Assembly (NCBI GenBank): GCA_964524005.1
Contig: CAZGBK010000004.1
Coordinates: 62,508 to 126,507 of the forward strand
DNA: 64,000 bases
DNA from: an uncultured Enterobacteriaceae bacterium
Lineage (GTDB): Bacteria; Pseudomonadota; Gammaproteobacteria; Burkholderiales; UBA3065
Direction of reading: 5' to 3'
Of the stretch, positions 32,161-43,711 are shown piece after piece. The notes beneath the pieces are model-generated. The model was not told the DNA's origin. It worked only from the letters and a program-made list of their open reading frames with translations, and did no database searches. The position numbers were made by a program, and so were the translations under genes. Every line of letters begins with the position of its first letter. Position 1 is the stretch's first letter.

Positions 32161-32166
32161 ATTGTA
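32161..32166 (-). promoter_or_regulatory. -10-like hexamer TACAAT exactly 6 nt upstream of the uvrD ATG (candidate leaderless promoter)
   Basis: Minus strand TACAAT-ccacgc-ATG(32154). No Shine-Dalgarno. Confidence 0.4.
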
Positions 32167-32261
32167 GCCGGCAGAGACCCTCAGCCGCCGCGCCTTGCCC
32201 GGCGCGAGCCGGCGCGCTATGCTTTTCCGACTAAATCACTCGACTATTGGAGATGCAAACG

Positions 32262-32579
32262 ATGTCCGCTCACGACAAGATCGATGCCACCGTCAAAGGC
32301 AACCGCGTGGTGCTGTTCATGAAGGGTACGCCGCAGTTCCCGATGTGCGGCTTCAGCGGTACCGCGGTGCAGATCCTGAAGGCCTGCGGGGTCGACAGCT
32401 TGACGACGGTGAACGTGCTGGATGACGAAGACATCCGCCAGGGCATCAAGGAATACGCCAACTGGCCGACCATCCCCCAGCTGTACGTCGATGGCGAGTT
32501 CATCGGCGGTGCCGACATCATGCGCGAGATGTACCAATCGGGTGAGCTGCAGGCGCTGCTGGGAGCGAAGCCGGCTTAA
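32262..32579 (+). CDS. grxD: Monothiol glutaredoxin (Grx4 family)
   Basis: CGFS active site (PQFPMCGFSG). Start set at ATG 32262, 9 nt after GGAG; the track ORF begins at TTG 32247. Confidence 0.92.
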   Translation: MSAHDKIDATVKGNRVVLFMKGTPQFPMCGFSGTAVQILKACGVDSLTTVNVLDDEDIRQGIKEYANWPTIPQLYVDGEFIGGADIMREMYQSGELQALLGAKPA

Positions 32580-32601
32580 GCCGACCGAAGTCCTCACTCG
32601 A

Positions 32602-34011
<1,410 letters not shown>

Positions 34012-34161
34012 GAAAAGCCCTGCGCGACGGCGGTTTCAACGGTGGCGGCAAGTATACGCGCGGCGTTGGCTCGTCCTCGAAGTGCACCGCGTTGGTGCGT
34101 CTGACGCAGGCCAGTGCCGCTGAACCAGTACAATCATCGGCCAGAACACGAAGGACGCAAC

Positions 34162-35460
34162 ATGGCTGTTCCGCATCTGACCACTGCCCTCACTGGCCCA
34201 CTGCTGGAGCTCGAGCAGCGTATCTTGGGCGCCATGCCCGACATCGAGGGCTGGTTCCGTGCCCAGTGGCAGGAGCACACGCCGCCGTTCTACGGCTCGG
34301 TCGACTTGCGCAACGCGGGCTATAAGCTGGCGCCGGTCGACATGAACCTGTTCCCGGCCGGCTTCAACAACCTCAATCCGGTGTTCCGACCGCTAGCCAT
34401 CCAGGCCGCCCAGGTCACCGTCGACCATCTGTGCCCGGGCATCGCTAATCTGCTGATCATCCCCGAGAACCACACCCGCAACCTCTATTACCTGCAGAAC
34501 GTTGCCGCGCTGCGCGACACGCTGCGCCTGGCGGGGCTAAAGGTCCGCGTTGGCTCATTGTTGTCAGAGATCACTGCACCGACCGATATCGACCTGCCCG
34601 ATGGCAACACCCTGACTCTCGAGCCGCTAGTGCGACGCGGGCGTCGCCTGGGTCTGGCCGATTTCGACCCGTGCATGGTGCTACTCAACAACGACCTCTC
34701 GGCCGGCGTCCCAGCCCCGCTGCAGGACATCGACCAGACCATCCTGCCGCCGCCGCAGGCGGGCTGGCATAGCCGTCGCAAGAGTCAGCACTTTGCGCTG
34801 TACGACCGGGTAGCGAGTGATTTTGCCCGGCTGATCGGTGTCGACCCGTGGCTTATCAACCCCTACTGGGGGGTGTGTCGGGGCATCGACTTTCAGGCCC
34901 GTGCCGGCGAGGAATGTTTGGCCGAAACAGTGCGCGAGGTGCTCGAGCAGACACGCGCCAAGTACCGGGAACTCGGCATCGAGCAGACGCCGTTCGTGAT
35001 GGTCAAGGCCGATGCCGGCACCTATGGCATGGGCGTGATGAGCGTGAAGGACCCGTCCGAGGTGGTCGGCCTCAACCGCAAGCAGCGCAACAAGATGGCG
35101 GTGGTCAAGGAGGGCATGTCCGTCTCCGACGTGCTGGTGCAGGAGGGTGTGCCAACCTTCGAGACACTGAACGATGCGGTCGCCGAGCCGGTGGTCTACA
35201 TGCTCGACCGCTTCGTCGTCGGCGGCTTCTACCGCGTCCACACCGAGCGCGGCGAGGACGAGAACCTCAACGCACCGGGCATGCATTTCGCCCCGCTTGC
35301 CTTCGAGAACTGTTGTACCGAGCCCGACGCCACCGACCCGCCCGATGCTCCGCCCAACCGCTTCTATGCCTACGGGGTGATCAGCCGCTTGGCGTTGCTA
35401 GCGGCTTCGCTGGAGATCGAGGCGCTCGTCCGTCCGGCCGAAGAGCCTGAGCCGGTCTAG
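34162..35460 (+). CDS. gshA: Glutamate--cysteine ligase (short proteobacterial GshA type)
   Basis: About 432 aa. Start trimmed to ATG 34162. Immediately upstream of gshB. The sequence resembles the beta/gamma-proteobacterial GshA class as I recall it. Confidence 0.8.
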   Translation: MAVPHLTTALTGPLLELEQRILGAMPDIEGWFRAQWQEHTPPFYGSVDLRNAGYKLAPVDMNLFPAGFNNLNPVFRPLAIQAAQVTVDHLCPGIANLLIIPENHTRNLYYLQNVAALRDTLRLAGLKVRVGSLLSEITAPTDIDLPDGNTLTLEPLVRRGRRLGLADFDPCMVLLNNDLSAGVPAPLQDIDQTILPPPQAGWHSRRKSQHFALYDRVASDFARLIGVDPWLINPYWGVCRGIDFQARAGEECLAETVREVLEQTRAKYRELGIEQTPFVMVKADAGTYGMGVMSVKDPSEVVGLNRKQRNKMAVVKEGMSVSDVLVQEGVPTFETLNDAVAEPVVYMLDRFVVGGFYRVHTERGEDENLNAPGMHFAPLAFENCCTEPDATDPPDAPPNRFYAYGVISRLALLAASLEIEALVRPAEEPEPV

Positions 35461-35464
35461 CGCG

Positions 35465-36457
35465 ATGAGCGACTGGCTATTCGTCGTCGACCCGCTGGCG
35501 CAGCTCAAGCCAGCCAAGGATTCATCGATCGCGCTGATGCGAGCCGCTCAGGCTGCGGGTCATGCGGTGTGGGCTTGCGAGACCTCGCAGCTGTTCAGCG
35601 ACGGCAACCATGTTCTGGCGCATGCCACCCCGCTGAGCCTGTCCGACGGCCACGATTGGCGATCGCCGGGCGAGGCCCAGGCGCGTCGAGTCGAGAGCTT
35701 TGCCGCCACACTGATGCGCAAAGACCCGCCGGTCGATGCCAACTACCACACCGCGCTGCAGTTGCTGGCGCTGGCCGAGACGGGTGGCGCCCGCGTCTAC
35801 AACCGCCCGGGTGCCGTCGCCAGCCACAACGAGAAGCTGGCCATCCTGCGTTTCCCAGGCCTGATCCCGCCGACCCGCGTGACCCGCTGCGCCGAGGACA
35901 TCGCCGGCTTCCTCGAGGAGCATCGCGATATCATCGTCAAGCCGCTCGAGGGCATGGGCGGTTCCGGCATCTTCCGCTTGCGTGCCGGCGACCACAATCT
36001 GGGCGTGATCACCGAGACCGCCACCCACCACGGCCACCGGCACGTCATGCTGCAGCGCTATCTGCCCGAGATCGTCGAGGGCGATACGCGCGTGCTGCTG
36101 ATCGACGGTGAGCCTTTTCCGTATGGCTTGGCGCGCATCCCCAAGCCTGGCGAGACGCGCGGCAATCTGGCGGCGGGCGGCCGCGGCGAAGTGCGCCCGC
36201 TGACTGCCGCACAGAAGCGTATCGCCGCGGCGGTATCCACCCATGCCCGCGAGCAGGGCCTGATGCTGGTCGGCCTCGACGTCATTGGCGAGCACCTGAC
36301 CGAGTTCAATGTCACCAGCCCGACCTGCATGGTCGAGATCTTCCAGCATACCGGCCAGGACCCGGCGGTCCGCATGGTCGAGGCCATCGACCAAGATCAG
36401 CAAAGGCGTTACAGTCCTCGTCCGGTCGTACCTGCAGCAAAGGCCCGAAGACGATGA
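35465..36457 (+). CDS. gshB: Glutathione synthetase
   Basis: 330 aa with a prokaryotic GSH synthetase N-domain plus an ATP-grasp (MLQRYLPEI..GDTRVLLIDG). 4-nt overlap with the next gene. Confidence 0.9.
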   Translation: MSDWLFVVDPLAQLKPAKDSSIALMRAAQAAGHAVWACETSQLFSDGNHVLAHATPLSLSDGHDWRSPGEAQARRVESFAATLMRKDPPVDANYHTALQLLALAETGGARVYNRPGAVASHNEKLAILRFPGLIPPTRVTRCAEDIAGFLEEHRDIIVKPLEGMGGSGIFRLRAGDHNLGVITETATHHGHRHVMLQRYLPEIVEGDTRVLLIDGEPFPYGLARIPKPGETRGNLAAGGRGEVRPLTAAQKRIAAAVSTHAREQGLMLVGLDVIGEHLTEFNVTSPTCMVEIFQHTGQDPAVRMVEAIDQDQQRRYSPRPVVPAAKARRR

Positions 36458-36858
36458 TCGGCATTCTTGTGATCGCGCACGGCAATCTGGGCAACGCCCT
36501 GCTTGAATGCGCTCGTCATGTCCTTGGCGAGTTGCCGCCGCGTGTCGCTGCGGTCGAGGTCTACATGTTCGACAACGAGGACACCATGGTCACTCGCGTG
36601 CAGCCGGCCATCGAGTCGCTCGATGTCGGTCAGGGGGTCTTGGTGCTGACCGATATCTTTGGCGCGACGCCATGCAATATCGCCGCCCGGCTGATGCAGA
36701 AGGGCAAGGTCGAGGTGATCAGCGGGGTGAATGTCGCCATGCTGCTGCGCGCGATCCAGCACCGCGACATCCCTCTCGACATGGCGGTCGGCAAGGTCGT
36801 GCACGGCGCTAAAGAGAGTGTCATCCGGCTGTTGACTGATCAGTGCTATCAGGAGTGA
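36454..36858 (+). CDS. PTS EIIA component, mannose/fructose family
   Basis: 134 aa. MIGILVIAHGNLGNAL contains the phospho-His. EIIA-Man fold. Confidence 0.85.
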   Translation: MIGILVIAHGNLGNALLECARHVLGELPPRVAAVEVYMFDNEDTMVTRVQPAIESLDVGQGVLVLTDIFGATPCNIAARLMQKGKVEVISGVNVAMLLRAIQHRDIPLDMAVGKVVHGAKESVIRLLTDQCYQE

Positions 36859-36862
36859 ACCG

Positions 36863-37132
36863 GTGCAGAAGCGCGACGTCGAGATCATCAATCGGCTGGG
36901 TCTGCATGCCCGTGCCTCGGCGAAGGTCACACAGACCGCGGCGCGCTATTCCAGCGACGTGTTCATGAGCCGCAGCGGGCGGCGTATCAATGCCAAGTCG
37001 ATCATGGGGGTGATGATGCTGGCGGCCCCCCAAGGCAGCTTGGTCACGCTGGAGGTGAGCGGTCCCGACGAAGACGCCGCGATGGAGGCACTGGTGAAGC
37101 TGATCGCCGACCGTTTCGGCGAGCCCGACTAG
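36863..37132 (+). CDS. ptsH: Phosphocarrier protein HPr
   Basis: 89 aa. GLHARAS with His15 and KSIMGVMMLA with the regulatory Ser. GTG start. Confidence 0.9.
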   Translation: MQKRDVEIINRLGLHARASAKVTQTAARYSSDVFMSRSGRRINAKSIMGVMMLAAPQGSLVTLEVSGPDEDAAMEALVKLIADRFGEPD

Positions 37133-37135
37133 TCA

Positions 37136-38680
37136 GTGTCCCTCGAATCGTCGCTCTACCGCCTGGTTTGGGCTGTGGCAGCTTTTCTTCTGGGTGCGCT
37201 GACCAGCCAGGCCTTCGCGCCGACCGGCTGGTGGTGGCTGCCGCCGTTCAGCCTCGCGCCGCTGCTGTGGCTCTGTCTGGCGGGCAACGCCGGCCCGTTA
37301 ACCGCGTTCCGGTTGGCTTGGTGGTGGGGTTTTGGCCTCTTTTTTGTTGGCATCGGCTGGATCCAAGTCAGTCTGACTATCTACGGCGAACTGCCGTGGC
37401 TGCTGGGTTGGGCCGCTGTTGCGTTGCTGGCCGGTTTCTTGGCCTTGTTCCCCGCCTCGGCGTTGTGGCTCGCGGCCACACTGGTTCGACGTCAGTTACC
37501 ACGGCTGCTGCTGGCGGCCCCGGCCGCTTGGGTTCTGAGCGAGTGGTTGCGTGGTTGGATCTTTACCGGCTTTCCCTGGCTAAGCCTGGGTGACTCGCAA
37601 GCGCCCGACGGCTGGCTAGCCCCATTGGCACCGGTGCTGGGGCACTTCGGTATTTCCGGGCTATTGGTTCTGGCCGCTGCCCTGCTGGCTTTGGCGCTAC
37701 AGCCAGCCCCGCAGCGGCAGGCGTGGCGCCTGCTCGGTGCCTTGGCGGGATTGTTGACGCTGGGCCTGCTAGCCGCTGCGGCCGGGCGCTTCGAATGGAG
37801 TCGTCCGCTTGGCGAACCGGTCCGCGTGGCCTTGCTCCAGCCCGATACCGAGCAATCAACCAAGTGGAGCCCCGGTCGCGCCGCGAGCATCGCCGAGTCT
37901 CTAGCCGAGCAGATCGAGCTAGCGAGCGATGGTGCCGACTGGGTCATCGCTCCCGAGACCGCCATTCCGGTGTTCCTTGAAGACATGCCACCGGGCATGC
38001 TGGAAGGATTGCGCCAGCCAGTGTTGGGCCGCGGTGCCGAGCTGCTGGTCGGTTTGCCGACCGGCGTACGACACGGCTACTACAACTCGGTGGTATCACT
38101 GGGCAGCACAGCGAATATGCCGTACCACAAGCATCACTTGGTGCCGTTTGGCGAGTTTGTCCCTTATGGCTTCCGCTGGTTTGTCGATGCAGTAGCAATC
38201 CCGATGGCCGACTTTAGCCGCGGCGGAGCCGACCAACCGCCCATGGCTTTGGGCGATCAGCGCCTTGCGCTGATGATCTGTTACGAAGATATCTTTGCCA
38301 GTGAGGTGGCGCGTCGCGCTGTCTCCAGCACTCTGCTTGTCAACCTCACCAACGATGCCTGGTTCGGCGAGACAGCAGCATCTTGGCAGCACGCCCAGCA
38401 GTCGCAGATGCGCGCGTTGGAGAATGCGCGGCCCTTGCTGCGCGCCACCAACAACGGCGTCACTTTGCTGGCAGATCACCGTGGTCGGGTAATCGATGCC
38501 TTGCCACGTTTCAGCGCCGGCACCTTGCTGGTCACTGTGCAAGGGCGGTCTGGCGACACCCCGTATCAGTGGTGGGGCGACACTCTGGCCGTCGGACTGG
38601 CGCTACTGGCTCTGCTGGCCGCCGCCCTCATTTCGCCACCAAACCGCGACGCGAAACAGTTCCCCCATCTCGGCCGGTGA
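37136..38680 (+). CDS. lnt: Apolipoprotein N-acyltransferase
   Basis: 514 aa with a multi-TM N-terminal half and a CN-hydrolase domain (LMICYEDIF). GTG start. Confidence 0.9.
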   Translation: MSLESSLYRLVWAVAAFLLGALTSQAFAPTGWWWLPPFSLAPLLWLCLAGNAGPLTAFRLAWWWGFGLFFVGIGWIQVSLTIYGELPWLLGWAAVALLAGFLALFPASALWLAATLVRRQLPRLLLAAPAAWVLSEWLRGWIFTGFPWLSLGDSQAPDGWLAPLAPVLGHFGISGLLVLAAALLALALQPAPQRQAWRLLGALAGLLTLGLLAAAAGRFEWSRPLGEPVRVALLQPDTEQSTKWSPGRAASIAESLAEQIELASDGADWVIAPETAIPVFLEDMPPGMLEGLRQPVLGRGAELLVGLPTGVRHGYYNSVVSLGSTANMPYHKHHLVPFGEFVPYGFRWFVDAVAIPMADFSRGGADQPPMALGDQRLALMICYEDIFASEVARRAVSSTLLVNLTNDAWFGETAASWQHAQQSQMRALENARPLLRATNNGVTLLADHRGRVIDALPRFSAGTLLVTVQGRSGDTPYQWWGDTLAVGLALLALLAAALISPPNRDAKQFPHLGR

Positions 38681-39781
38681 CAGCAGGCGATTGGCCTGGG
38701 CAGCCAGCGGCAGATAGCGGGCGGGGTCGCCGGCTGGCACCGCTGACAACTCTTTGGTGATTCCGGCCTCGACCAGGAAGCGTGCCAGCGTGGTGTGACT
38801 GCCCTCCAGCCCATGTTCGTGGGCGATCGCGTCCAGGGTGCCGAAGTCGACATGGGCGGTGATGTCCTGCGCCCCTGGCGCCCACAATGGGGCATCGCCT
38901 GCCCTTTGGCGATAGTGGCAACGCAGCGTACCCATGCATCGCTGCGGATGGTAGTAGGTGGGGGTATCGAAGCCGTAATCGATGAACAGCAGAAGCCCCT
39001 CACCCAGCCGTTCAGCCAGGCTGGCGATGAATGCGTCTTGGCGTGGGTGGACCTCGGACACGTAGGCTTCGGGCCATTCGCCGCGCTGTGCTCGGGCCGC
39101 CGCTCTGGCGGACAGCGCCGCGTTGCTAGGCGGGGCGTCAGACCACGCCAGTTCGCTGTCGACGACGCTAACGCCGCGCTCCAGCGCACCGCCCGCGTGC
39201 CCGACCAGCAGGTGTACTGGCATGGCGTCGAGCACCTCGTTGCCCAGCACCACCCCGTCGAGCCGCTCTGGCAGGGTGTCCAGCCAGCTGGTGCGACCGA
39301 GTGCGCCGGGCACGGTTGCCAGCATCTGTCGCTGTCGTTCGGCCAGCGGGGCGCTCAGCTCGACGATGCGGTAGTGCACATCGGCCAGCCGCGGGTCGCC
39401 TAGCAGTTGCGCTGCCAGCTGCCCACTGCCGGCGCCGAACTCGGTGACGACGCGCCGCTTGGCGGGCAGGGCTTCGTCGATCCAACGCGCTAGCACAGCG
39501 CCGAAAAGCCCGCCCATTTCGGGCGCGGTGACAAAGTCGCCGCCACTGCCGAATACCTTTCGGCCGCTGCTGTAGTAGCCCAGCCCCGGGGAGTAGAGCG
39601 CCAGGTCCATGTAATCGGCGAACGGGATCCAGCCGCCTGCAGCGGCGATGCGCTGCCGGATGAGTGCCTCGAGCTGCTGGCTTGCAGCCGCATCGTCGGG
39701 GTGCAAGAGTGGTGTCGTCGGGCGGGCGCTCACGGGGGACTCGGGGGCTACGGGTGTTCCGATCGAGACTGATCGGGACAA
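38603..39781 (-). CDS. Class I SAM-dependent methyltransferase, MidA/NDUFAF7-like (DUF185)
   Basis: FADYMDLALYSPGLGYYS...GDFVTAPE... and C-terminal EMGELFRV. Start uncertain (TTG 39781 or GTG 39733). The 3' end overlaps lnt by 78 nt. Confidence 0.8.
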   Translation of the reverse strand: MSRSVSIGTPVAPESPVSARPTTPLLHPDDAAASQQLEALIRQRIAAAGGWIPFADYMDLALYSPGLGYYSSGRKVFGSGGDFVTAPEMGGLFGAVLARWIDEALPAKRRVVTEFGAGSGQLAAQLLGDPRLADVHYRIVELSAPLAERQRQMLATVPGALGRTSWLDTLPERLDGVVLGNEVLDAMPVHLLVGHAGGALERGVSVVDSELAWSDAPPSNAALSARAAARAQRGEWPEAYVSEVHPRQDAFIASLAERLGEGLLLFIDYGFDTPTYYHPQRCMGTLRCHYRQRAGDAPLWAPGAQDITAHVDFGTLDAIAHEHGLEGSHTTLARFLVEAGITKELSAVPAGDPARYLPLAAQANRLLSPAEMGELFRVAVWWRNEGGGQQSQ

Positions 39782-39802
39782 AGGGCTTTGAGGTGGCTAA
39801 TG

Positions 39803-39808
39803 TACACT
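39803..39808 (+). promoter_or_regulatory. -10-like hexamer TACACT exactly 6 nt upstream of the SDR ATG (candidate leaderless promoter)
   Basis: TACACT-tgccca-ATG(39815). A minus-strand TACATT (39804-39799) overlaps it around a TGTACA palindrome and could serve the divergent gene. Confidence 0.35.
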
Positions 39809-39814
39809 TGCCCA

Positions 39815-40585
39815 ATGCAACACAGCCCGAATGACGGCCCTGCGCTGGCTGGCCAGGTGGCCCTGATCACCGGCGGCGCCCGCCGCGTCGGCGCGGCGAT
39901 CGCCCGCCGTTTACATGCCGCAGGTGCGCAGGTGATGGTCCACTACCGTTCGTCAGGGCGTGAGGCCCGTGCCCTGCAGGCCGAGCTGAACCTGCAGCGC
40001 CCCGGTTCAGTGGCCCTGGTGCAAGGCGACCTGCTGAATGTCGATGCCCTGCCTCCGCTGGTTGATGCTTGCGTTGCCGAGTTCGGGCGGCTCGATATTC
40101 TGGTGAACAATGCTTCGAGTTTCAGCCCGACGCCGATCGGTTCGGTCAGCAAAAAAGACTGGGACGACCTGATCGGAACCAACCTGCTGGCGCCTCTGTT
40201 CCTGTCGCAGGCGGCGGTGCCGCAACTGCGTGCGAATCGGGGTTCGATCGTCAACATCGTCGATATCCATGCCGACCGACCGATGAAGAACTATGTCGTT
40301 TACAGCACGGCAAAAGCCGGGCTGGCGAACCTGACCCGCTCTCTGGCGCGCGAGCTGGCACCCGAGGTTCGTGTCAATGGGGTTGCGCCCGGAGCCATCG
40401 CTTGGCCGGAAGACGCGGCCTGGCAGGACGAGGTCGCGCGCCAGCGCATCATCAACACAGTGCCCTTGCGTCGGGTGGGCGAACCCGATGATATCGCCCG
40501 CGCCGTGTTCTTTCTGGTTGCCGACGCGCCTTACGTGACCGGCCACATCATCAATGTCGATGGCGGTCGCAGCGCCCACCTCTGA
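39815..40585 (+). CDS. Short-chain dehydrogenase/reductase, pteridine-reductase-like (FolM/PTR1 type)
   Basis: 256 aa with TGGARRVG cofactor motif, NNAS, and Y...K in YSTAKAG. Start trimmed to ATG 39815. Confidence 0.8.
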   Translation: MQHSPNDGPALAGQVALITGGARRVGAAIARRLHAAGAQVMVHYRSSGREARALQAELNLQRPGSVALVQGDLLNVDALPPLVDACVAEFGRLDILVNNASSFSPTPIGSVSKKDWDDLIGTNLLAPLFLSQAAVPQLRANRGSIVNIVDIHADRPMKNYVVYSTAKAGLANLTRSLARELAPEVRVNGVAPGAIAWPEDAAWQDEVARQRIINTVPLRRVGEPDDIARAVFFLVADAPYVTGHIINVDGGRSAHL

Positions 40586-40599
40586 TATCGTCCGACCCC

Positions 40600-41517
40600 A
40601 TGCTGCAGACGCTGATTCAGCCCGCCTTCATCGTCCTCTACGTGTTCATCGCCTCGGCGGTGTACATCCACTTCCGCGGTCGGGTGCGTCACGCCTTTGG
40701 TCGACAGCTGACCGACCACTCGACCGTGCTGGCACCCTACAACGCCATCATGTATGCGTTTTCGGGTGTGCCCAATACTCCCTACCAGCGACTCTCCGAT
40801 TTCCCCGAGTTGCAGCCGCTGGTCGACCAGTGGCAGACCATCCGAGACGAGGCCGCGCAGCTGCAGCAAGACGGTGCGATCAGGGCTGCTGACAAGCACA
40901 ACGACGCCGGCTTCAACAGCTTCTTCAAGACCGGCTGGACGCGTTTTTACCTGAAGTGGTACGACGGCCCGCTGCCCTCGGCGCAGCAGTTCTGTCCGAA
41001 GACGGTGGCCCTGGTCGAGAGCATCCCCAGCATCAACGCCGCCATGTTCACTGTGCTGCCGCCAGGGGCACGGCTGGTCAAGCATCGTGACCCGTTCGCT
41101 GGCAGCCTCCGCTATCACTTGGGGCTGATGACACCCAACTCACCCGACTGTTTCATCGAGGTCGATGGTGAGCGCTATTGGTGGAAGGATGGTGAGGCCG
41201 TGATGTTCGACGAGACCTTCATCCACTATGCACACAATCAGACCGACACCACGCGGGTGATCTTCTTCGCTGACATCGAACGGCCGCTAACCAACCCGGT
41301 GGCGCGCTGGCTCAACCGCTTCTTCAAGGGTGTGGTGATGCGCGCGGCGGCCACCCGCAACCTGCCCGGTGAGCGGGTGGGTGGTCTGAACCGCGCTTTT
41401 GAGTACCTGTACAAGATCCGTATCTTCAGCAAGCGCTTGAAGAAGTGGAACCGCAAGGCCTACTACGCCTATAAGTGGTCGGTGCTGGGCTTGTTGGCTT
41501 GGTGGATCTTCGTCTAG
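40600..41517 (+). CDS. lpxO: Aspartyl/asparaginyl beta-hydroxylase family protein, LpxO-like lipid A hydroxylase
   Basis: 305 aa with an N-terminal TM and the Fe(II)/2OG fold motif VKHRDPFAGSLRYHLGL...FDETFIHYA. Confidence 0.8.
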   Translation: MLQTLIQPAFIVLYVFIASAVYIHFRGRVRHAFGRQLTDHSTVLAPYNAIMYAFSGVPNTPYQRLSDFPELQPLVDQWQTIRDEAAQLQQDGAIRAADKHNDAGFNSFFKTGWTRFYLKWYDGPLPSAQQFCPKTVALVESIPSINAAMFTVLPPGARLVKHRDPFAGSLRYHLGLMTPNSPDCFIEVDGERYWWKDGEAVMFDETFIHYAHNQTDTTRVIFFADIERPLTNPVARWLNRFFKGVVMRAAATRNLPGERVGGLNRAFEYLYKIRIFSKRLKKWNRKAYYAYKWSVLGLLAWWIFV

Positions 41518-41526
41518 TTTGAGCCG

Positions 41527-42468
41527 ATGAGCACTGTCACCTTCATGCCCCGTGCCGGGCGCGGCGCCAGCCGCACCACCGACGCGCCGCCTGCGCTGTC
41601 GCGTCGGCAGATCGCCCTGGAGAAGCGCATCCGTCGCCTGACCGGCATGGCGATCGCCGATTTCGCCATGATCCAGGACGGCGACCGCATCATGGTCTGC
41701 CTGTCGGGCGGCAAGGACAGCTACACCCTGCTTGACATCTTGCTGAAGATCCGCGAGGTGGCGCCGGTGCGCTTTGAACTGATCGCCGTCAACCTCGACC
41801 AGAAGCAGCCGGGCTTTCCCGACCATGTACTGCCCGAGTATCTCACCGCGCTCGGCGTGCCCTTCCACATCGAGACGCAGGACACCTACAGCATCGTCAA
41901 GCGCGTGGTTCCCGAGGGCAAGACCACCTGCGGGCTGTGTTCAAGACTGCGCCGCGGCATCCTCTACCGAGTGGCGGACGAGCTGGGCGCGACCAAGATC
42001 GCGCTTGGCCACCACCGCGACGACATCCTCGAGACCTTCTTCCTGAACCTGTTCCACGGCGGCAAGCTCAAGACCATGCCGCCCAAACTGGTTTCGGACG
42101 ACGGTCGCCATATGGTTATACGGCCGCTGGCTTATGTGCCCGAGCGCGACATCGAGAAGTACGCCGCGATGGCCGGCTACCCGATCATTCCCTGCAATCT
42201 CTGCGGATCGCAGCCCAATCTGAAGCGCGCCGAGACCAAGGCTTTGCTGCGAACTTGGGAGCGTGAACATGCCGGTCGCGTCGAGAGTGCCTTCCGGGCG
42301 CTGTCGCAGGTGGTGCCAACCCACCTTCTAGACCCTACACTGAACGATTTCGTCAACCTGAAGGCCGACGGAGCGCCGCATGCAGACGGCGATACGGCTT
42401 TCGACGAGCCACCGTTGGCCGATCCGGCCGACCGGCGCTTCGACCCGGCTGACGACGAACACGACTGA
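41527..42468 (+). CDS. ttcA: tRNA 2-thiocytidine(32) synthetase TtcA
   Basis: 313 aa with PP-loop CLSGGKDS and the CGLCSRLRR and CNLCGSQ cysteine motifs. Confidence 0.92.
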   Translation: MSTVTFMPRAGRGASRTTDAPPALSRRQIALEKRIRRLTGMAIADFAMIQDGDRIMVCLSGGKDSYTLLDILLKIREVAPVRFELIAVNLDQKQPGFPDHVLPEYLTALGVPFHIETQDTYSIVKRVVPEGKTTCGLCSRLRRGILYRVADELGATKIALGHHRDDILETFFLNLFHGGKLKTMPPKLVSDDGRHMVIRPLAYVPERDIEKYAAMAGYPIIPCNLCGSQPNLKRAETKALLRTWEREHAGRVESAFRALSQVVPTHLLDPTLNDFVNLKADGAPHADGDTAFDEPPLADPADRRFDPADDEHD

Positions 42469-42478
42469 AGGAGGAGAC

Positions 42479-43711
42479 ATGCAGTTACTACCGCCCCCGA
42501 GCGGGGCGAAGGCGTTTGTCGCGCCGCGCCGGACCCTGATGGGCCCAGGCCCGTCCGATGTGCATCCGCGTGTGCTCGCCGCCATGGCGCAGTCGACTGT
42601 CGGGCACCTCGACCCGGCCTTCAACGCCATGATGGACGACACCAAATCCCTGTTGCGCTACGCGTTCCAGACGCGCAACGAGATGACCTTCCCGATCTCG
42701 GCGCCTGGCTCGACCGGCATGGAGACCTGTTTCGTCAACCTCGTCGAACCGGGCGACACGGTGATCGTCTGTGTCAATGGCGTGTTCGGCGGCCGCATGA
42801 TCGAGAATGCCGAGCGTGCTGGCGGGCGCGTCGTCCGTATCGACGACGCCTGGGGCGCACCGGTGAACCCGGACAAGGTGCGCGACGCGTTTCGTGCCAA
42901 CCCGCAAGCCAAGGTGCTGGCCTTTGTGCATGCCGAGACCTCGACCGGCGCACGGTCGGACGCCGAGACGTTGTGCGCCATTGCCCGCGAACATGGCGCG
43001 CTGACCATCGTCGACGCCGTCACTTCGTTGGTCGGCGTGCCCTTGCTGGTCGATGCTTGGGGCATCGACGCCATCTACTCGGGTAGCCAGAAGTGCCTAG
43101 GTTGCGCACCTGGTCTGTCACCAGCGAGCTTCTCGGAACACGCCCTGGAGAGGGTCCGGCAGCGCAAGACCAAGTGCAACAGCTGGTTTATGGACCTTTC
43201 GCTGGTGCTCGGCTACTGGAGCGCTGCCAATCGCACCTACCATCACACCGCGCCGACCAATGCTTTGGTTGGCCTGCACGAAGCGCTGGTGATGGTGGTC
43301 GAGGAGGGCCTCGCAGCCATCTGGGCGCGCCATCAGCGGCACCATGCTGCGCTGCGCGACGGCTTGCAGGCGCTAGGATTCCGCTTCCTCGTCGAACCAG
43401 AATGGCGTTTGCCGCAGCTCAATGCCGTACATGTCCCCGAGGGCCTCGACGAAGCCGGCCTGCGCCGCGCGCTGATGGACGAGTTCAACCTGGAGATCGG
43501 TGCCGGCTTGGGGCCACTCGCCGGCAAGGTGCTGCGCTTTGGCCTGATGGGGTATTCAGCGCGCGAAGAGAACGTCCGCCTCTGTCTGCGAGCCCTCGAA
43601 GCGGCACTGCCGCGTTTTGGAATGCCGGTCGAGCGCGGGACGGCGCTCGCGGCTGCAGAGGCAGCCTGGGCTGCCACTGCCGAACCACCGCGGGTCGCTG
43701 CAAACGCCTAG
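42479..43711 (+). CDS. Class V pyridoxal-phosphate aminotransferase (alanine/serine--glyoxylate aminotransferase family)
   Basis: Start at ATG 42479 after GAAGGAGG. 410 aa with PLP-lysine motif SGSQKCL. Confidence 0.85.
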   Translation: MQLLPPPSGAKAFVAPRRTLMGPGPSDVHPRVLAAMAQSTVGHLDPAFNAMMDDTKSLLRYAFQTRNEMTFPISAPGSTGMETCFVNLVEPGDTVIVCVNGVFGGRMIENAERAGGRVVRIDDAWGAPVNPDKVRDAFRANPQAKVLAFVHAETSTGARSDAETLCAIAREHGALTIVDAVTSLVGVPLLVDAWGIDAIYSGSQKCLGCAPGLSPASFSEHALERVRQRKTKCNSWFMDLSLVLGYWSAANRTYHHTAPTNALVGLHEALVMVVEEGLAAIWARHQRHHAALRDGLQALGFRFLVEPEWRLPQLNAVHVPEGLDEAGLRRALMDEFNLEIGAGLGPLAGKVLRFGLMGYSAREENVRLCLRALEAALPRFGMPVERGTALAAAEAAWAATAEPPRVAANA

